DNA from: Oikopleura dioica
Lineage: Eukaryota; Animalia; Chordata
Direction of reading: 5' to 3'
Length of the DNA: 64,000 bases
Assembly: GCA_907165135.1 (NCBI GenBank)
Contig: OU015569.1
Location: forward strand, 11,966,001 to 12,030,000
The notes below the pieces were generated by a model. That model searched no databases. It was not told the origin of the DNA and saw only the letters and a program-made list of their open reading frames with translations. Below are positions 10,128 to 22,713 of this stretch, piece after piece (position 1 is the stretch's first letter; the number at the start of each line of letters is the position of its first letter). The translations under genes and the position numbers were made by a program.

Positions 10128-13100
10128 ATGGACCAGGACCAAGCTCAGTACCAGAAGCTTGTCGCGTGGCTGAAGCTCGGGCGTTGGAGACAATCGAATC
10201 GGGGCAATCGGGTAAGTAATTAGAATGTAAAATCTACCGGTTTTCAGGGGTATCGGGAACCCGTTACCGCTAGTGTTTTGACCTTCGAAGAAAGGTCGCT
10301 TCGGTAGCTATCATCTCAATAAGATATTTTTCAGTTTTTCGCGAGTTCTTCTCCACCTGGGAGTTGGCGACTCACCCGCAATGTCATCGGCTCTACAACG
10401 ACTTCCGCGAAGACATTATCCAACAATCAAGCGTCCCTGGGCTCGGCCTCCGTCTCATCAACGAATTCCTACAGTTCATCGACGAGAAATTCAAAGTGCT
10501 AGCGCTCGACGAAAAGATAATGGACCTCGACGACAAGAAACACCTCGGACCGCCGATCCGAGAAACTTTCAAAGAATTGGAAGCGTTCGTGGGCGCATTC
10601 AAGCAGGACATCTTCAACCGTTTTCCAAGTGGAAAGAACTGGAGAAAGCACGAGTTCGTCTGCATGGCTCGACTGTTGAAATATCTGAGCAAATGTAAGT
10701 TTCAATAGTAAGAATTACTTTTTAATCATTTATTTTAGATCTCACTCCGAAGTTCATCACGCCTTCTAGCGGGATCTTTGAAAACGACATCCAGGAGATC
10801 ATCTACGGCTTCGCGCAAATCTGTCACAATATCTGTGAAAACCTCGTCACTCTGACCGAAAAAGACTCGAATGTACTCCTCGCTCTCGAGACTGTTCTTA
10901 TTCCGCTCAACGAATCGATAGGCAACATGGCAGAAGCTTTAAGTAAATTCACAGGTTCTAACTTCAAACACCTTCACAAATATGCTGCCTTCTCCGTCTA
11001 CAGCTTTTGTCGAGTACTCCAGACGATTGCTAAACGAAACGATCTTGATAAAACGAAGCAGCGCGAGATCGTCGAGACCGGGCTCAAAAATCTTGGAGGT
11101 TCCTTCAAGTACGTCTCCTCGATTTCCAGAGACAATGACAACTTCACAAATCTGCAGCATTGGAATCTCATCGAACTGACAATCAACGAGCTTGCCATTA
11201 CTTGCGAAACAAACAATCTTTGCAGCTACAAAAACTCGAACAGCATGACAATCTTCAGAGAGATGGAAATCGATCTTCGTAAAAACCGTCAACCCTCAAA
11301 AATGGACATCGTCTACATGAAGGCATTTCTCAATCAACTTTTTCTCAGCCTTATAAACGATGTGGTTTTCCGAGAATTCGCTCTTCGATATGTTCGGAGT
11401 ACAAAAGAATCGCGCGCCCAATTCTTGAGCATATTAATCAGCACGCTGAGCGAGTATGGCATCCCGCAGAAAACTGAGGCCGTTGTGCTTATCGTCGACA
11501 CCCTTGTTGAGTTCGGAGACGCCAAAAACTCCCAGAGGAAGATCAAGACCTACTCAAACTCGTCATTGCTCAGCTGCGAGAATTCTTCCCGAAGGAGACG
11601 AAAAATATTGCAGCAATAAGTGTTTCCATAGAAGATGGCAATGATGAGCTGACGACAGTCTGGAAGATGCTGTCCGTTTGGCAACGCGATCTTCAAGCCG
11701 CGTGGAGCGAGAAAATGGCAAAAGTCACTTCGAAGCCCCCGACACTCGACGTTGAAAAATTATCCAAGATCAAAGTCAAAACTCAATTCAAGAAGACTTC
11801 TTCTGAGTTGCAGGTATGCAACTATGTCAACACGTTCTACATTGCGGCGCAACTTCTTTTGATTCTTGGAAAACGAGAAGCTGGGAATAGGATCCTGAAA
11901 GACTTGCTTACAGCCCTCGTCGACTGGTATTTTCTGAAGACTAAAATTATCGCTTCTGTGAGTGAGCTTCTCGGTGATCTTGTGATGGACTTGGGTTCGT
12001 CACTTTGGGTTGCGCGGCGGCATTCTCATTTCTCTACCCAGCCCGAATACAACGAGGATATTCATAAGACCCTGAAACGAGCGAATATTTGCCATTTGAC
12101 CTCGAAAGATAAGAAACATCTTGCTTTTGGTTATATGATGTTCCAGGATGGCATCCCAGAGACCAAAAAGAGCTCCATTGGTTGGAAAGATGAGTCTATC
12201 ACCCGAATCATGTTACAAACCTCTCTCTCTGGATCTTCCGGCTGGTCAGATTATCATGACAAGGCCTTTGGTCATGTGGGCTCGATGATAACTGCGAATC
12301 AAACAAGCGGCCTTCGTTATGCGATTCAAATCATCATCACTTTCCTTTCAAGTGCATGCGATCGGCGATTCTACAAAACGATCTTCCCTACTTCGGCGAA
12401 GGCCGAGGGTTCAATGAAAGTCCAGAAAATTGGAAGAGAAATCATTGCGACCCTGCGTGCGCTTGAGAAAACCATCTGGATAAGTGTCGACTTCATCGAT
12501 GATCTCATCAAACGAGGCATGTCGACCGAGGCGAGAATGTTTTCCAACGAGCTGCTTGTTTTATCCGATATTTGGGGATTGCAGACTGCCAACATAATGG
12601 CAAAGACACTCCAAATACGAGCACTGGAGCTTGAAGGTCAAACGAGCAAGTGGGAAGAGGAAATTCAAGCTCTTTTAAAAGTCTTCGATATCAACGAGGA
12701 CAACCCATTTATGCGCGACGTCAATCCTCAAGCCAAAGCACAGGCGATCTCACTTAACTCGCAAATGGCAGAGAAAATAAGGAAGAAAACGGAAACAACA
12801 AAAGCCTTCACATTTCAACTTCCAGTTCTTCCTAAGATTTGCAAGCTTGATCTCGATGTTGCGCGGAACTATGTTATTGCACTTACAACTTTGTTCCGTG
12901 TTCATCCAGATCCTACTCGAGCTGTCAACGCTGGCCTGCTCCTCTTTAAAGAGATCGCTATCGCTGGTCATCAACTATCGCAGCTACTCCTGGAGCTTGC
13001 ATACGTCATCGTTCTTCGCGCGACGGAACTCGATAGACCATCTGACGCTGTCGAGTACGTCAAAATTGCTCTCGACCCTGTCCGAAACTCCGAGAAAGCC

Positions 13101-15293
13101 AGTCCAAAGAAGTGCGGCCGATTCGCGAAATTGCAAGTGGCAATCGTCATTTACAATAGAACCTTCGACGCGAACAAGGAAAATCTTGAGCCAACCTCTA
13201 TTCTTTCGAAATTTTTCGATAAATTAATCGAAATGAACAAAAAGGATACGATAGAGAATGCTCGTCTCCTGAATTTCGGTTCACGACCAGCCTCTCCAAT
13301 TGAGCCTGAGATCGAAACAATTTTCAGTGTGGGAGATTCGCCTGAGAATATTTCAGAAGAGGCAGACCTGGATGAAGCTCTCGCGACCGCCAAGAAAAAC
13401 AGCGACATGGAAACCATCAGAGCGATTTACAATCTACGCATAGGGCAGATTCTTCGCCAGGAACAAGTGTCCCAGCAAAGCACGATTGTCTTGAGCAATT
13501 CTTCGAAGCTCGCCGCGCTTCACATTGATGTTAACGGCATTGGAGCAGTTCTTGAGGCGCAGTACTACGCTCATGCTCGCATGTCCAACAATGTCAGCTC
13601 TGTTCCGGAAGAGAATTTGAGACAAGCCGAAGACATGGCCGAGAATATAAGCATTGAGTTTCCTTTCCTACGACAGGAACTGAAGGACACCGTCGTCTTG
13701 GTGAGTTTGATTCCAGCTCTTTCGAAGACATTATCCTGCACATACGAAAATTGCCTCGCACTTGTCACTCGTTTGGAGCCCAACGGGAAATGTATTTCGA
13801 TCGGATTCGATGGTCATGCACTTGCCAAAGAGGCTGTGCAAATGCGCGACATGTGTGACAAGATTTCTGAAGAGATTGGCAAAGATGTCAAAAACCGTAC
13901 CAAATGGTGGAAGGTGCGCGAGAAACGAGAAAAGTACTGTAAGGATTTAGTGCTGTCTGTTCTCCCAGGTAAAATATCTTCACTTTGGCTTTTTATATAT
14001 GACATTTTAGATGTTCTTGGTCCGGCTCTTGCTCTATTCACATTCTCTGAAAGCATTACTTGGACCGATGCAGTTCCCAAGCCCAAAAACTCTCTTCACG
14101 CCGACTTTTTGAGCCATGCGATTCGGGCTTGGTCTCATATGAACACTCTTGGCAAGACGAATGTCGCTGGACTCGTTGGAGTGAATAAACTGGATCTCGA
14201 TCATCTCGCAAAGAACCACGTCTTTGAAGAGTTGGATTATCAGCGGACAACCGCTACATATCTCATCCTTGGACGAGTGGTTCAATCGATCGCCATGGAA
14301 AGGATGCCTATTTGTCAGGGAATTCAAATGTCTAGGTAAGAACTTGTTGCTTTGAAGGTTTGGAATAGCGTATTTCTAGGATGCTTTCTGTGAGGCACGC
14401 GGAGTACATCCTTCGACAACCGGCGAGCAAACGGTCGGTAGACATCTCAAATCTACTCTACGTCGTAGACAGCCAGGACAACCTAACGACTTCGCCCGCG
14501 ACAGTTGGAAACTTCTTCAAGAGCGTCCAGCAATGGGATGGCTACGTTTCCATCAGGCCGAATTCAAGGGAGTTGCTTGAGAAACTAAATAAATTCGACC
14601 TCTACGTCTTTGCTGGGCATGGAAGCGGCTCCGACTGCGTTGGCGGCTGGGGACGTGTGGCCAGACAAGGTGTAACAAGCACCATGCACCTTTTCGGCTG
14701 TGCTTCCGGCAGACTTCTCGATTATGGTCGAACTGAACCGAGGGGTGCAGTGACATGGTAAGTTTGAAAATATATGGCAAATATAAGGTAACTAAATCAA
14801 AATTAATTCAGTGTCTTGAACTCTGGCTCTTCATCAGTAATGGGCATGCTCTGGGACGTTACTGATAGAGACATCGACCGATTTACGTTACGCTTGTACA
14901 AAGACTGGTTCTCCGCGGCGAGCAACTCGTCTAAAGAAACAGGACCGTGCCTCTCCCGATTCATCAACGAGTGCTCACGAGGTGAATAAACTTTGTTTAT
15001 CATCAAGTTTTATCTAATTTTTAGCCTGCAAGCTGCCATATGTCGTCGCCGGTGCGACTGTCAACTACGGGCTAATCCCTATCTGCCACAATAGTCCTCA
15101 GGGTTGGGATAAGGGATTGCCTGAACAAATTGACTACGAAGAGTCGGGCACGGTCGATTTCTTTACCAAAATTTTTGGTAAAAAGATAGGTAATAAGTCC
15201 GACCGTTTCCCCAAAAGTAACTGGGAAGATTATCAAAATATGTTTATAGTTCACATCTTTACTGCCACACATCTTCAAACTTCACCGTTCTAA
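10128..15293 (+). CDS. ESPL1: Separase (separin, peptidase C50), multi-exon
   Basis: C-terminal motifs YVFAGHGSG, HLFGCASGRL, GMLWDVTDRDIDRF and CKLPY..GA.V.YG, plus KWWKVR. Long helical N-terminal region. One 1-nt frameshift at 11524-11528; first exons and stop are approximate. Confidence 0.9.
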
Positions 15294-15501
15294 TAAATAC
15301 AAACCTCCCAGTTATTATATCGTGGTGGTTTTATCTTGCATTACGGCAGATGACAAAGACCAAAGAAAATCTTCTAAACTATGTTAAAGAGATCTCCTTT
15401 TTCAAATATTTCTTTTTAGTTTGTATTTTGAACTACAGAATCGATAGTCGTGGGAAGAATTGCACTTATTTATTTCTTGTCTGCCAAAGAAGTCAAAGAG
15501 T

Positions 15502-17068
15502 TTAGAGTTCATCGTTTCCTCGCTTGATTTTGAGCAGCTCGACGTCGAAGAGAAGGGTGGCGCCGCCGGGGATGACTCCTCCAGCTCCTCGGTCGCCGTA
15601 GTCCAAGTGAGGTGGGATCGTCAGTGTTCGCTTTTCGCCGATGCACATGTCCAAAAGGCCCTGAAAATCAATGGTCAACAAAAAGGAAAAGATCTAGTCA
15701 AGATCGTCAAGAAAAATTGGGGCGGATTGCAAAAATTAGAAGAAAAATTGAAGTTATTGAAGTCGAAATACCTGGTCCCATCCTTTGATGACCATTCCAG
15801 CGCCGAGGGTGAACTGGAAGAGTGGTCTCCGTTTGCCCAAGTCGCCGTTTGCCCAAGTCGCCGTCTGCCCAAGTCGCCGTTTGCCCAACTTGGGCAGACG
15901 GAGATCTTAGGCAAACGGCGATGTGAATTTGTTTTTAAATTGATTGGTCATAAAATGATAGAAGTAAGGCGACAATTTCATTATCACCACTGAGTCTGCT
16001 AATTGCGGTCTGATTTGCAGAGACTTTCAGGTGAAAACAAAGGTTGTCCTGTGATGTCTTTTGAACGTTTTTTAACAGTGGATCCTTGACAAGACCACCA
16101 CAATTTTATTAAATTGTTTTTCGATAGTTGTACCCGATTTTCGAATGAATTCTTGAGCATAAACACGTAAATAAGAGACGAAATGAAAAAACAGTATCGT
16201 GGACTCTAGGGAAGCTTTCCGAATTATGACATCGTTTACATTGATAAAGAAGAGCCTTCGTAATGGATGGTCTAATTATGAGAGTCGCTTAATTCTCAAT
16301 CAAAGTCCTAATAAACTATTCCCGGAAGAGTTTATCAAGAAGAAAAAAGGCTCCGGTTTACTGAGACTGGATCGTTATTCGGTTGTCATAAGATAATTTG
16401 TGCATTTGATGTTTGTAAATCAAGCCTGAGTACTCCTCTTCGCTGGGAAGAGGTTTTGGGAAGAGTTTCATCAGTTTTCCCCTTTTTCTCTTTTTCTCAC
16501 TACTCACAATGATTGTTTTCCCTCAGTTTCAGTCTGAAATAACTCCAAAAATAGAACGAACCGATTATAAATCGCAAGAAACAGCAATATGTAAAACCAT
16601 CAATTCAACCAAGTTGGGGATTAGCGCTTGTGAGGACTCGGCGCATCCATCGTTTCCTCAATCTATAGGCCTCGTACGTAAAACTAGCGATTTTACTTTA
16701 CCACTTAAAATCTATCATATCCTGCTGGTTTTGATTTCATAATTCAAGATGAGAAATTTCCCGATTTTAGTAATTATAAACTGAAATCAAAGTCTCTTTT
16801 GCGCTCATAAGGTTCTGAAACCTTGAATTAATCTCTTTAAATTGAATTATGATTATATTTTCAATTTGATCGCCGTCTGCCCAAGATCGCCGTTTGCCCA
16901 AGTCTCCGTCTGCCCAAGTTGGGCAAACGGCGATCTTGGGCAGACGGCGACTTGGGCAAACGGCGACTTGGGCAAACGGAGACCACTCGAACTGGAAGGG
17001 TTGATTTCTGTCCCGGCTGGAGTCGAACTTCTTTCCGTCAATCAAAGTGCCAGTGTAGTGCATCGAGC
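15502..17068 (-). pseudogene. ER-type FKBP PPIase (FKBP2-like), 5'-truncated and interrupted by a MULE-like element
   Basis: [25 protein letters not shown][insert][65 protein letters not shown]. Ends in an xDEL ER-retention signal. No signal-peptide exon found upstream, and LDYG replaces the usual LGYG/LAYG. Confidence 0.75.
15820..16988. mobile_element. Non-autonomous Mutator/MULE-like element
   Basis: About 100-bp TIRs starting gagtggtctccgtttgcccaa, built of tgcccaagtcgccgt repeats; 9-bp TSD GAACTGGAA at 15811-15819 and 16989-16997. Confidence 0.9.
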
Positions 17069-17291
17069 TCATTTCAAAAAGCTGCAAAGAATGGAGAAAT
17101 CAGAAAACTTGAAATTGAAAAATAATCTTCAGGAAAATGATTCTCAAATAAAATTCCTCGAAGAAGAAGCTGCAAAGAAAAATGCAGGTTGCATGGATGG
17201 GTGTCGATGAGGGAGGAGCACTAGCGGACGAAGCGGACAAGTCAACTTGCAGAATGGTGCGATAAAAAAACGAGAATTCGAAAAACATTTT

Positions 17292-19872
17292 TTACGTAAC
17301 TGTATTATCAGAATCTGAGATAGATGGAGCAAGTTTTTTTCTGAAAATATGAATGAGAAAATGAACAATTGCACAGGCGCCCACGAACCAGCTTAAACAT
17401 GTGGACCAGAAAGTAAATCTGCTCGCTTTATTTTCTTTCTCTTCGTCATCTTCAATCCGGAATGGACCAAGAGTGACGAGGTGTTCTGGATGATGGTCTA
17501 ACGAAGAAGCTCGCCGTTTTCGCCGATCGGAAGAAAAGATTGGGTTGGTGAGATCGCCTAACCGGCAAGTTGATTGACAGGCTGGGTCTTACTGAGGGTT
17601 CTCTTTGTTAGTTCTTCGTCAATTGACCTCAATGCACGTGGTCGGTTCAATAGACCACGGCGACTTTGAGCCGCCGTAATTTCTCTTGTGATAATCCATT
17701 TGACCTGATTTTTGTAATGTGAGCTTAGATGACTAAAACGAACCACTTTGTGAAATTTTGGAAGTTTTCTCAAAAGTGGTGGCATTTTGCAGTGGATTTA
17801 TCTTTCACTCTGCAGCTGAAAATCTTGATAGATGAGTGTTCAAGCTTTCCACCGATATGTATTATAACATTTTGCTTGCCGGAAACGCAAGTTAGAGCTA
17901 GAAGTCTTGAGCGCTCTTTATCACACTCCGACCCCTTGTTTTGAGCGCTTAGTCGCTCGCCCGTGTATTGAGAAGTTAAATTCTTGAGATTGAACCCGTG
18001 GCATTAGCTTTTCGCAGGTCGCAAATAATCACATCGCACTAAAACTAATGTCAGCCTTCGTTTGGAAGTGATGATTGCCTGAATGTAGACGAAATTGGAG
18101 CCGGGAAACCTCAGCGTCTTCGTCTCGAAGCGATCTTCCTTGTTGAGCCGTGGCTGGAGAAAAGTAAAGGAGTCCGCGGGACAGCCGTTGTACATCATTG
18201 GATAGGAAACAGTGTTGCTAGAGAGAAAATAAAGAGAGTTGAAAAGTGAGTCAAGTTACAACTAACTTGGGTTCGACAGAAGGAGCCGACCAGCAACTCT
18301 TCGTGAAAATGTAAAAATAATCCATTTGAGTGATCACTTCTGCACCGAGATAAATGCGTTGGTTGAGGGATTTCGGCAGAGGAAAGGATTGAAATGGGTA
18401 TCTTAAAATAAATTAAAGAATTATCTTCCATGCGTTTGTTTATTTTTACCTGGTTAGATAACTGGAATTATGGTAGACATTCAACCTGAAGAGGAAATCG
18501 CCCTCGTTTTGAATCGCTCCCATTCCTCTTTCAAGGTCACTTATCAGTAATCACTCTTGCTTTTACCAAATTATTCGTTGAAAAAAATTCAACTTGTGAA
18601 TTATTTTTTGTTTTGAACCGTTCCCTGTCACCATAAAGTCCGAGATAACATAAACGGGCATAATTTGCGCGGACACTTGCCAACTCGTCTCATTCACGTA
18701 CTTGTTGTCGATTCGACCGAGGCGATCAATCACGCATCGAAATAAATAAATTTCGCCGTAGTCTCTGTAAACGCCCCCGGTCAATGCTGGTGCTCGGCTA
18801 AATTTCAAGTGCTTTTAATATTTCTTTTTGTCGGAATCTGACCTTAGGTTGTTCTCATAAATGAACTTGGTCGGCTGGTTTTCGTCGTATCTCATTCGCG
18901 TTTCGCACTCAGTAAACCTGAAATTAGAAAACACTGGCTATCTTACTGGAAAGAGTAGAATACTTACTTGTACGAAAAGACGACAAGTGGCACTCATCAT
19001 GTCGAAGCCGAGCAAATAGTCGCCAAGACTCGATTTCGGCATTCTCACAATAAAACGGTCGTTGATCGTGTCGCATTCAACGCTTGGAGTGTATGGCGGT
19101 AAAAGTGTCGCCGTCGTCGATGTTGTCGTGCTCGTCGTCGTTGTTGCTTGTGCCCCGAAGAAGCCTTCGCAGCCTTCCGGGCGTTGACACATGTACCCAT
19201 CTTAACTTTCGAGATGAGCAATGAGCAAATTACGATGAAAACACAGCTTGCTTTTTCTCGCAAAATTCTCTTCTATATAAAATTATAATAGATTATTTTT
19301 AAAGATAAAAACCGGTTTGAACTGGGCGCGTCCGGCAGAACCGGTTAGTCAATAATTTGACCTTTGATCCAAGGTCCTTATTGACCTTGATTCGCGCTAT
19401 GGAACGTACTTACTGTATCCTTAATATCGCAATCTTTGCCGTAAAAGCCGCTCAAACACTGGCACCAATAACTGTTCCATTTATTCTCGCAATTGGCACT
19501 TCCGGACGCAAAGCATGGTTCCAGGATCTCGCACTTATTGAGCCGCGTGTACATGAAGTGATCAGTTTGATCCGGGTCGCCGAACACTTCAAACGCCTCG
19601 GCCCAGTCGCAAGTTTCCTCGTTGCATTCTCGCTCAAGATCCGCAGGCTGCCCTTCTTCCGCTAGGGTGTCGTCTGGTGCGGAAGGGTCCGAATTCATTC
19701 GCCTTAGAATCAAAATCTAGCCAGTTCCTCATTTTCAAGAAAAAAAAGCTTCCAAAGATAACTTACTGTGTCTCATCAAAAATCCACTGGCTTCTTCTTT
19801 GCTTATTTCAGGAAGACTTTGGACAGCCAAAGCACTCAAAGCGAAAATACTCAAAAATAGTCGAAATGCCAT
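17292..19872 (-). CDS. Type I membrane/secreted Gla-EGF-ZP domain protein, multi-exon
   Basis: Signal peptide MAFRLFLSIFALSALAVQS; Gla LAEEGQPADLERECNEETCDWAEAFEVF; EGF (YWCQCLSGFYGKDC); Thr-rich linker; ZP-N (VECDTINDRFIVRM..FTECETRM..YENNL..FRC); ZP-C (FRLNVY, CWSAP, MYNGCP, DRFETKTLRF, VYIQA); RRKRR furin site; EHP-like VTLGPF; TM helix and short tail. Confidence 0.8.
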
Positions 19873-20637
19873 TCTCTTTACAAAATTGGACTCTGCGGTA
19901 AAATCTCGTTTTAAATAGTTCGTATTTTTGTCGTGAACTGGTCGGAACTAGTTGAACTCAAAATCGCGAAAATAGCCCATCTTCAGGGCTCCAAAACTCC
20001 AAAGTTTGCATTTTGGTCCTATCAACTCTTACTATTTTCAGATTTCTTGGACCCTAATCTTAAAATTTACAGAAGATTTTTTTTATTTGATAATTTTTTC
20101 TTTAGAAAATTTTTCAATAAACCAAGGTACCTATTTTTGACTATTCATTCCTATAAAATGCCCTGCGGGCATAGCCCAGACGCCACAAGCCCTACCCTAA
20201 GTAAATGTCCTTAGAGTTAGCTTTCAAAAAAATGTATCATATGCCACTATTGTAAAGGGTTGAAATTTCAAAATATTTGGTTCACTTTCAAAATACACTA
20301 ATTTTCTGCAGCTTTAGTCGCAATTTCCGGGAGATCGAGAAGAGATAGCCAAAAAGTGCATGAGGAGTTTTTCGCTCCAAATTTTCTGAGGAATCCAAAA
20401 ATGCGGGTCAAAAAAAGAGCCTGAGACTTGGCCAAAATCGACCACCCTAGCCTTAAGTAGGAACGACATCGCTGATTTCCCATTTTCCATGAGCAAAGTT
20501 CGCTGCTCCACCGATTCCAATGACGAGGACTTCGAAATTCTAGTTCTTGCAGCCGAAAGCGGAAACTCAGGAATGCGTTAAACGCTAGGTAGTATATTTG
20601 AGCTGGCTCTTTTATTAGAAAATGTCCAAAAGTTCCA

Positions 20638-20935
20638 AAAGTACCAAAACTTTGGATGCTCCGCCTTTTCGATCCAGTTTAGCTATCAGGGCGTGTGATA
20701 GTGGAAAATGATCGTTGCGAAGAGAGCTAGGTGTGCATCTAGGTTTCATCCCTTCAAAAAATATTTTCAACCCTTTATCACTAGTACCTGATTTTCATAA
20801 AAGGGATGAGATTTTTTTCGAGGGATGAAACCTAAATGCACGCCTAGCTCTCGTCGCGACGATCATTTTCATGTATTGCATGTCATGATAGCTCAAGCGA
20901 CATGAAAATGGTAAGCGTCCAAAGTTTGGTACTTT
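20638..20935. repeat. Degenerate inverted repeat with ~125-bp arms (old MITE)
   Basis: aaagtaccaaaactttgga..gagctaggtgtgcatctaggtttcatccct versus agggatgaaacctaaatgcacgcctagctc..tccaaagtttggtacttt. Confidence 0.65.
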
Positions 20936-21202
20936 AGTAACTTCCGTCACGTTTTATGACCTCATAAGTTCGAAAATTCGCCAATCTTTCCCACTCATCC
21001 AGGGTAATTTTTTACATTCTTTCTTATGAGCCAATAAAAAATGGGGTAAGGATTTCACTCAGAAATCCTTATTGAAATTCGTCAATGTGGCAAAAATGAC
21101 TTCATTCTGAGATACAATGCTAAGAATTTTTATTGTATCAGTCGATGCAAAATGATAAGGATACACGACGTTTTCAGCAAAGCGACGAATTCAGCAGGAC
21201 AT

Positions 21203-22459
21203 TCACTGTCGAGGGGCAGAGGCTGACTTGAGCGACCCGACTTGCTTCTCCAGCATATCTTCAATTTCTTTCTCCAATATCCGCTCTTTGAGATTCTCAA
21301 TCTCGATCTTCAACCTTTCGTTTTCATTTAAAAGTTCTGCCAACCAATTGTTCTTTTCCACCAACTCTTTCTTGAGGCTTGCTTGTTCCGCCATGTTGAG
21401 CGATCTAGGTCGGGGCTGCAAATCTGAGCGAGAGGAAGTTCCCCAAGTTGGAATCAAAGTGATTGAATAGGCTTGCGGAAGAAGATACCATCTTTTTGTT
21501 CTCATGTTCTGGAATTGCTCGGACGGTTGGAAATTTCCCTTGCACTCTTTTCGGGGCGAGATACTACACCGCGCTACTAGCCAACATATGGGGGCGCAAC
21601 GGAGCGCGCGCTGATATCAAAAGCATCTGAAAGAGCAAGGAAAACCGACGGCACTGAAAATGTAACGAATGTAACGAATGTAACGAAAACAACAAAAACA
21701 TGTCTTTTTCTCGTTACATTTTCAGTAAAATTCTAGAGATTTTTTGTTTTTCTTATTTCACCCCCTTGAGTTTCCTACCATTTCACCCGCGGAGCGGGCG
21801 TTTTCACTGGATTTATCTCTAAGAGACAAACTAAATCAGATAATTAACCTTTTTCTATACTACTGTGCACTTTTTTTTTATTTATATGCTCTTTTAGGGG
21901 TGTTCTAATGTCATTTGAAATGATACTCCAGAATATCGCTTTTTGGAAAAAGTTTCTAGAATCAGCTGATTAACAACAACATGTCTCTGTCTTCGTTACA
22001 TTTTCAGTAAATTCGTTGTATTCGTTACATCCGTTACATTCGTTACATTTTCAGTGGCGACCAGGAAAACTTCTCGTAGTTTTAAATAAATTAATCAAGC
22101 ACATGATTAAACTAATAATTATATACTAGCTCGCCTCCAAATGAGTGCAAGGGAAATGTCCAATCTCCCGAATTGCTCGTTGACCAAAGGAAAAAACTCG
22201 TTGTTGTCTCCGTAATAAACGAAGTCGTCGTAGCATTTGTGGCAGTCTCTCATCATTTCGGAAGAGGCGTAGAATGCCTGGTCGACAGGAATTCTGATTT
22301 GAGAGCCGGAATGAGAGAAGAGAGTGTTTTGGAGAATGAATTCAGAATTATCGATTCGGTCGAGCACCATTTGGTGGAAGTCAATGGCTCCGTTGGGATA
22401 AAGATAGGCGCCGGTGACGGTCAACGGACGGGAGAAGGAGAGGTTCGGGTGAAGAAGGA
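21203..22459 (-). CDS. Second copy of the terminal (His/Asn) exon of the kinase-peptidase gene, split by nested transposons and extended by a coiled-coil tail; alternative exon or pseudo-exon
   Basis: LLHPNLSFSRPLTVTG..HQMVLDRIDNSEFILQNT..VNEQF | NMRTKRWYLLPQAYSITL parallels 22714-23108 and has the same phase-1 AG acceptor. Confidence 0.6.
21521..22169. mobile_element. MULE-like non-autonomous element with 9-bp TSD, containing a nested element
   Basis: About 49-bp imperfect TIRs ggacggttggaaatttcccttgcactc.. / ..gagtgcaagggaaatgtccaatctccc; TSD GAATTGCTC at 21512-21520 and 22170-22178. Confidence 0.85.
21646..22062. mobile_element. Nested MITE with 8-bp TSD (hAT- or Merlin-like)
   Basis: TIR core cactgaaaatgtaacgaatgtaacg / cgttacattcgttacattttcagtg; TSD AGGAAAAC at 21638-21645 and 22063-22070. 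Confidence 0.8.
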
Positions 22460-22713
22460 CTTAATATGTCAATTATATTTTTATCGTTTCTTGACAGACC
22501 TCTTTGATAATCAAAATCGGCTTGCAGTCACTATACAGTGTATAGTATACACTGTGCAGTGTACAATGTACATCGATAATAAAACAAAGAGCAAAATAGC
22601 TATTTCTGTTCTGGTTGGTTTCTGGACAGGAGCTTTCTCTTCGCCGCTTTGGTAATAGTCTACTGTAAAATGTAAAAAATTTTCACAATTTTTATTTTCA
22701 CGATCACGTGTTT

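Noticed and set aside
9853-10173. + strand 106-aa ORF faintly resembling a UCH N-terminus (WCSIE)
   Set aside because: No catalytic motifs, and it overlaps the probable separase start in another frame.
11524-11528. Programmed frameshift or pseudogenisation of separase
   Set aside because: A homopolymer indel error is simpler, since the same pattern occurs in three other genes.
15920-16870. Transposase within the MULE or other elements
   Set aside because: Only short ORFs without DDE or zinc-finger motifs; all elements appear non-autonomous.
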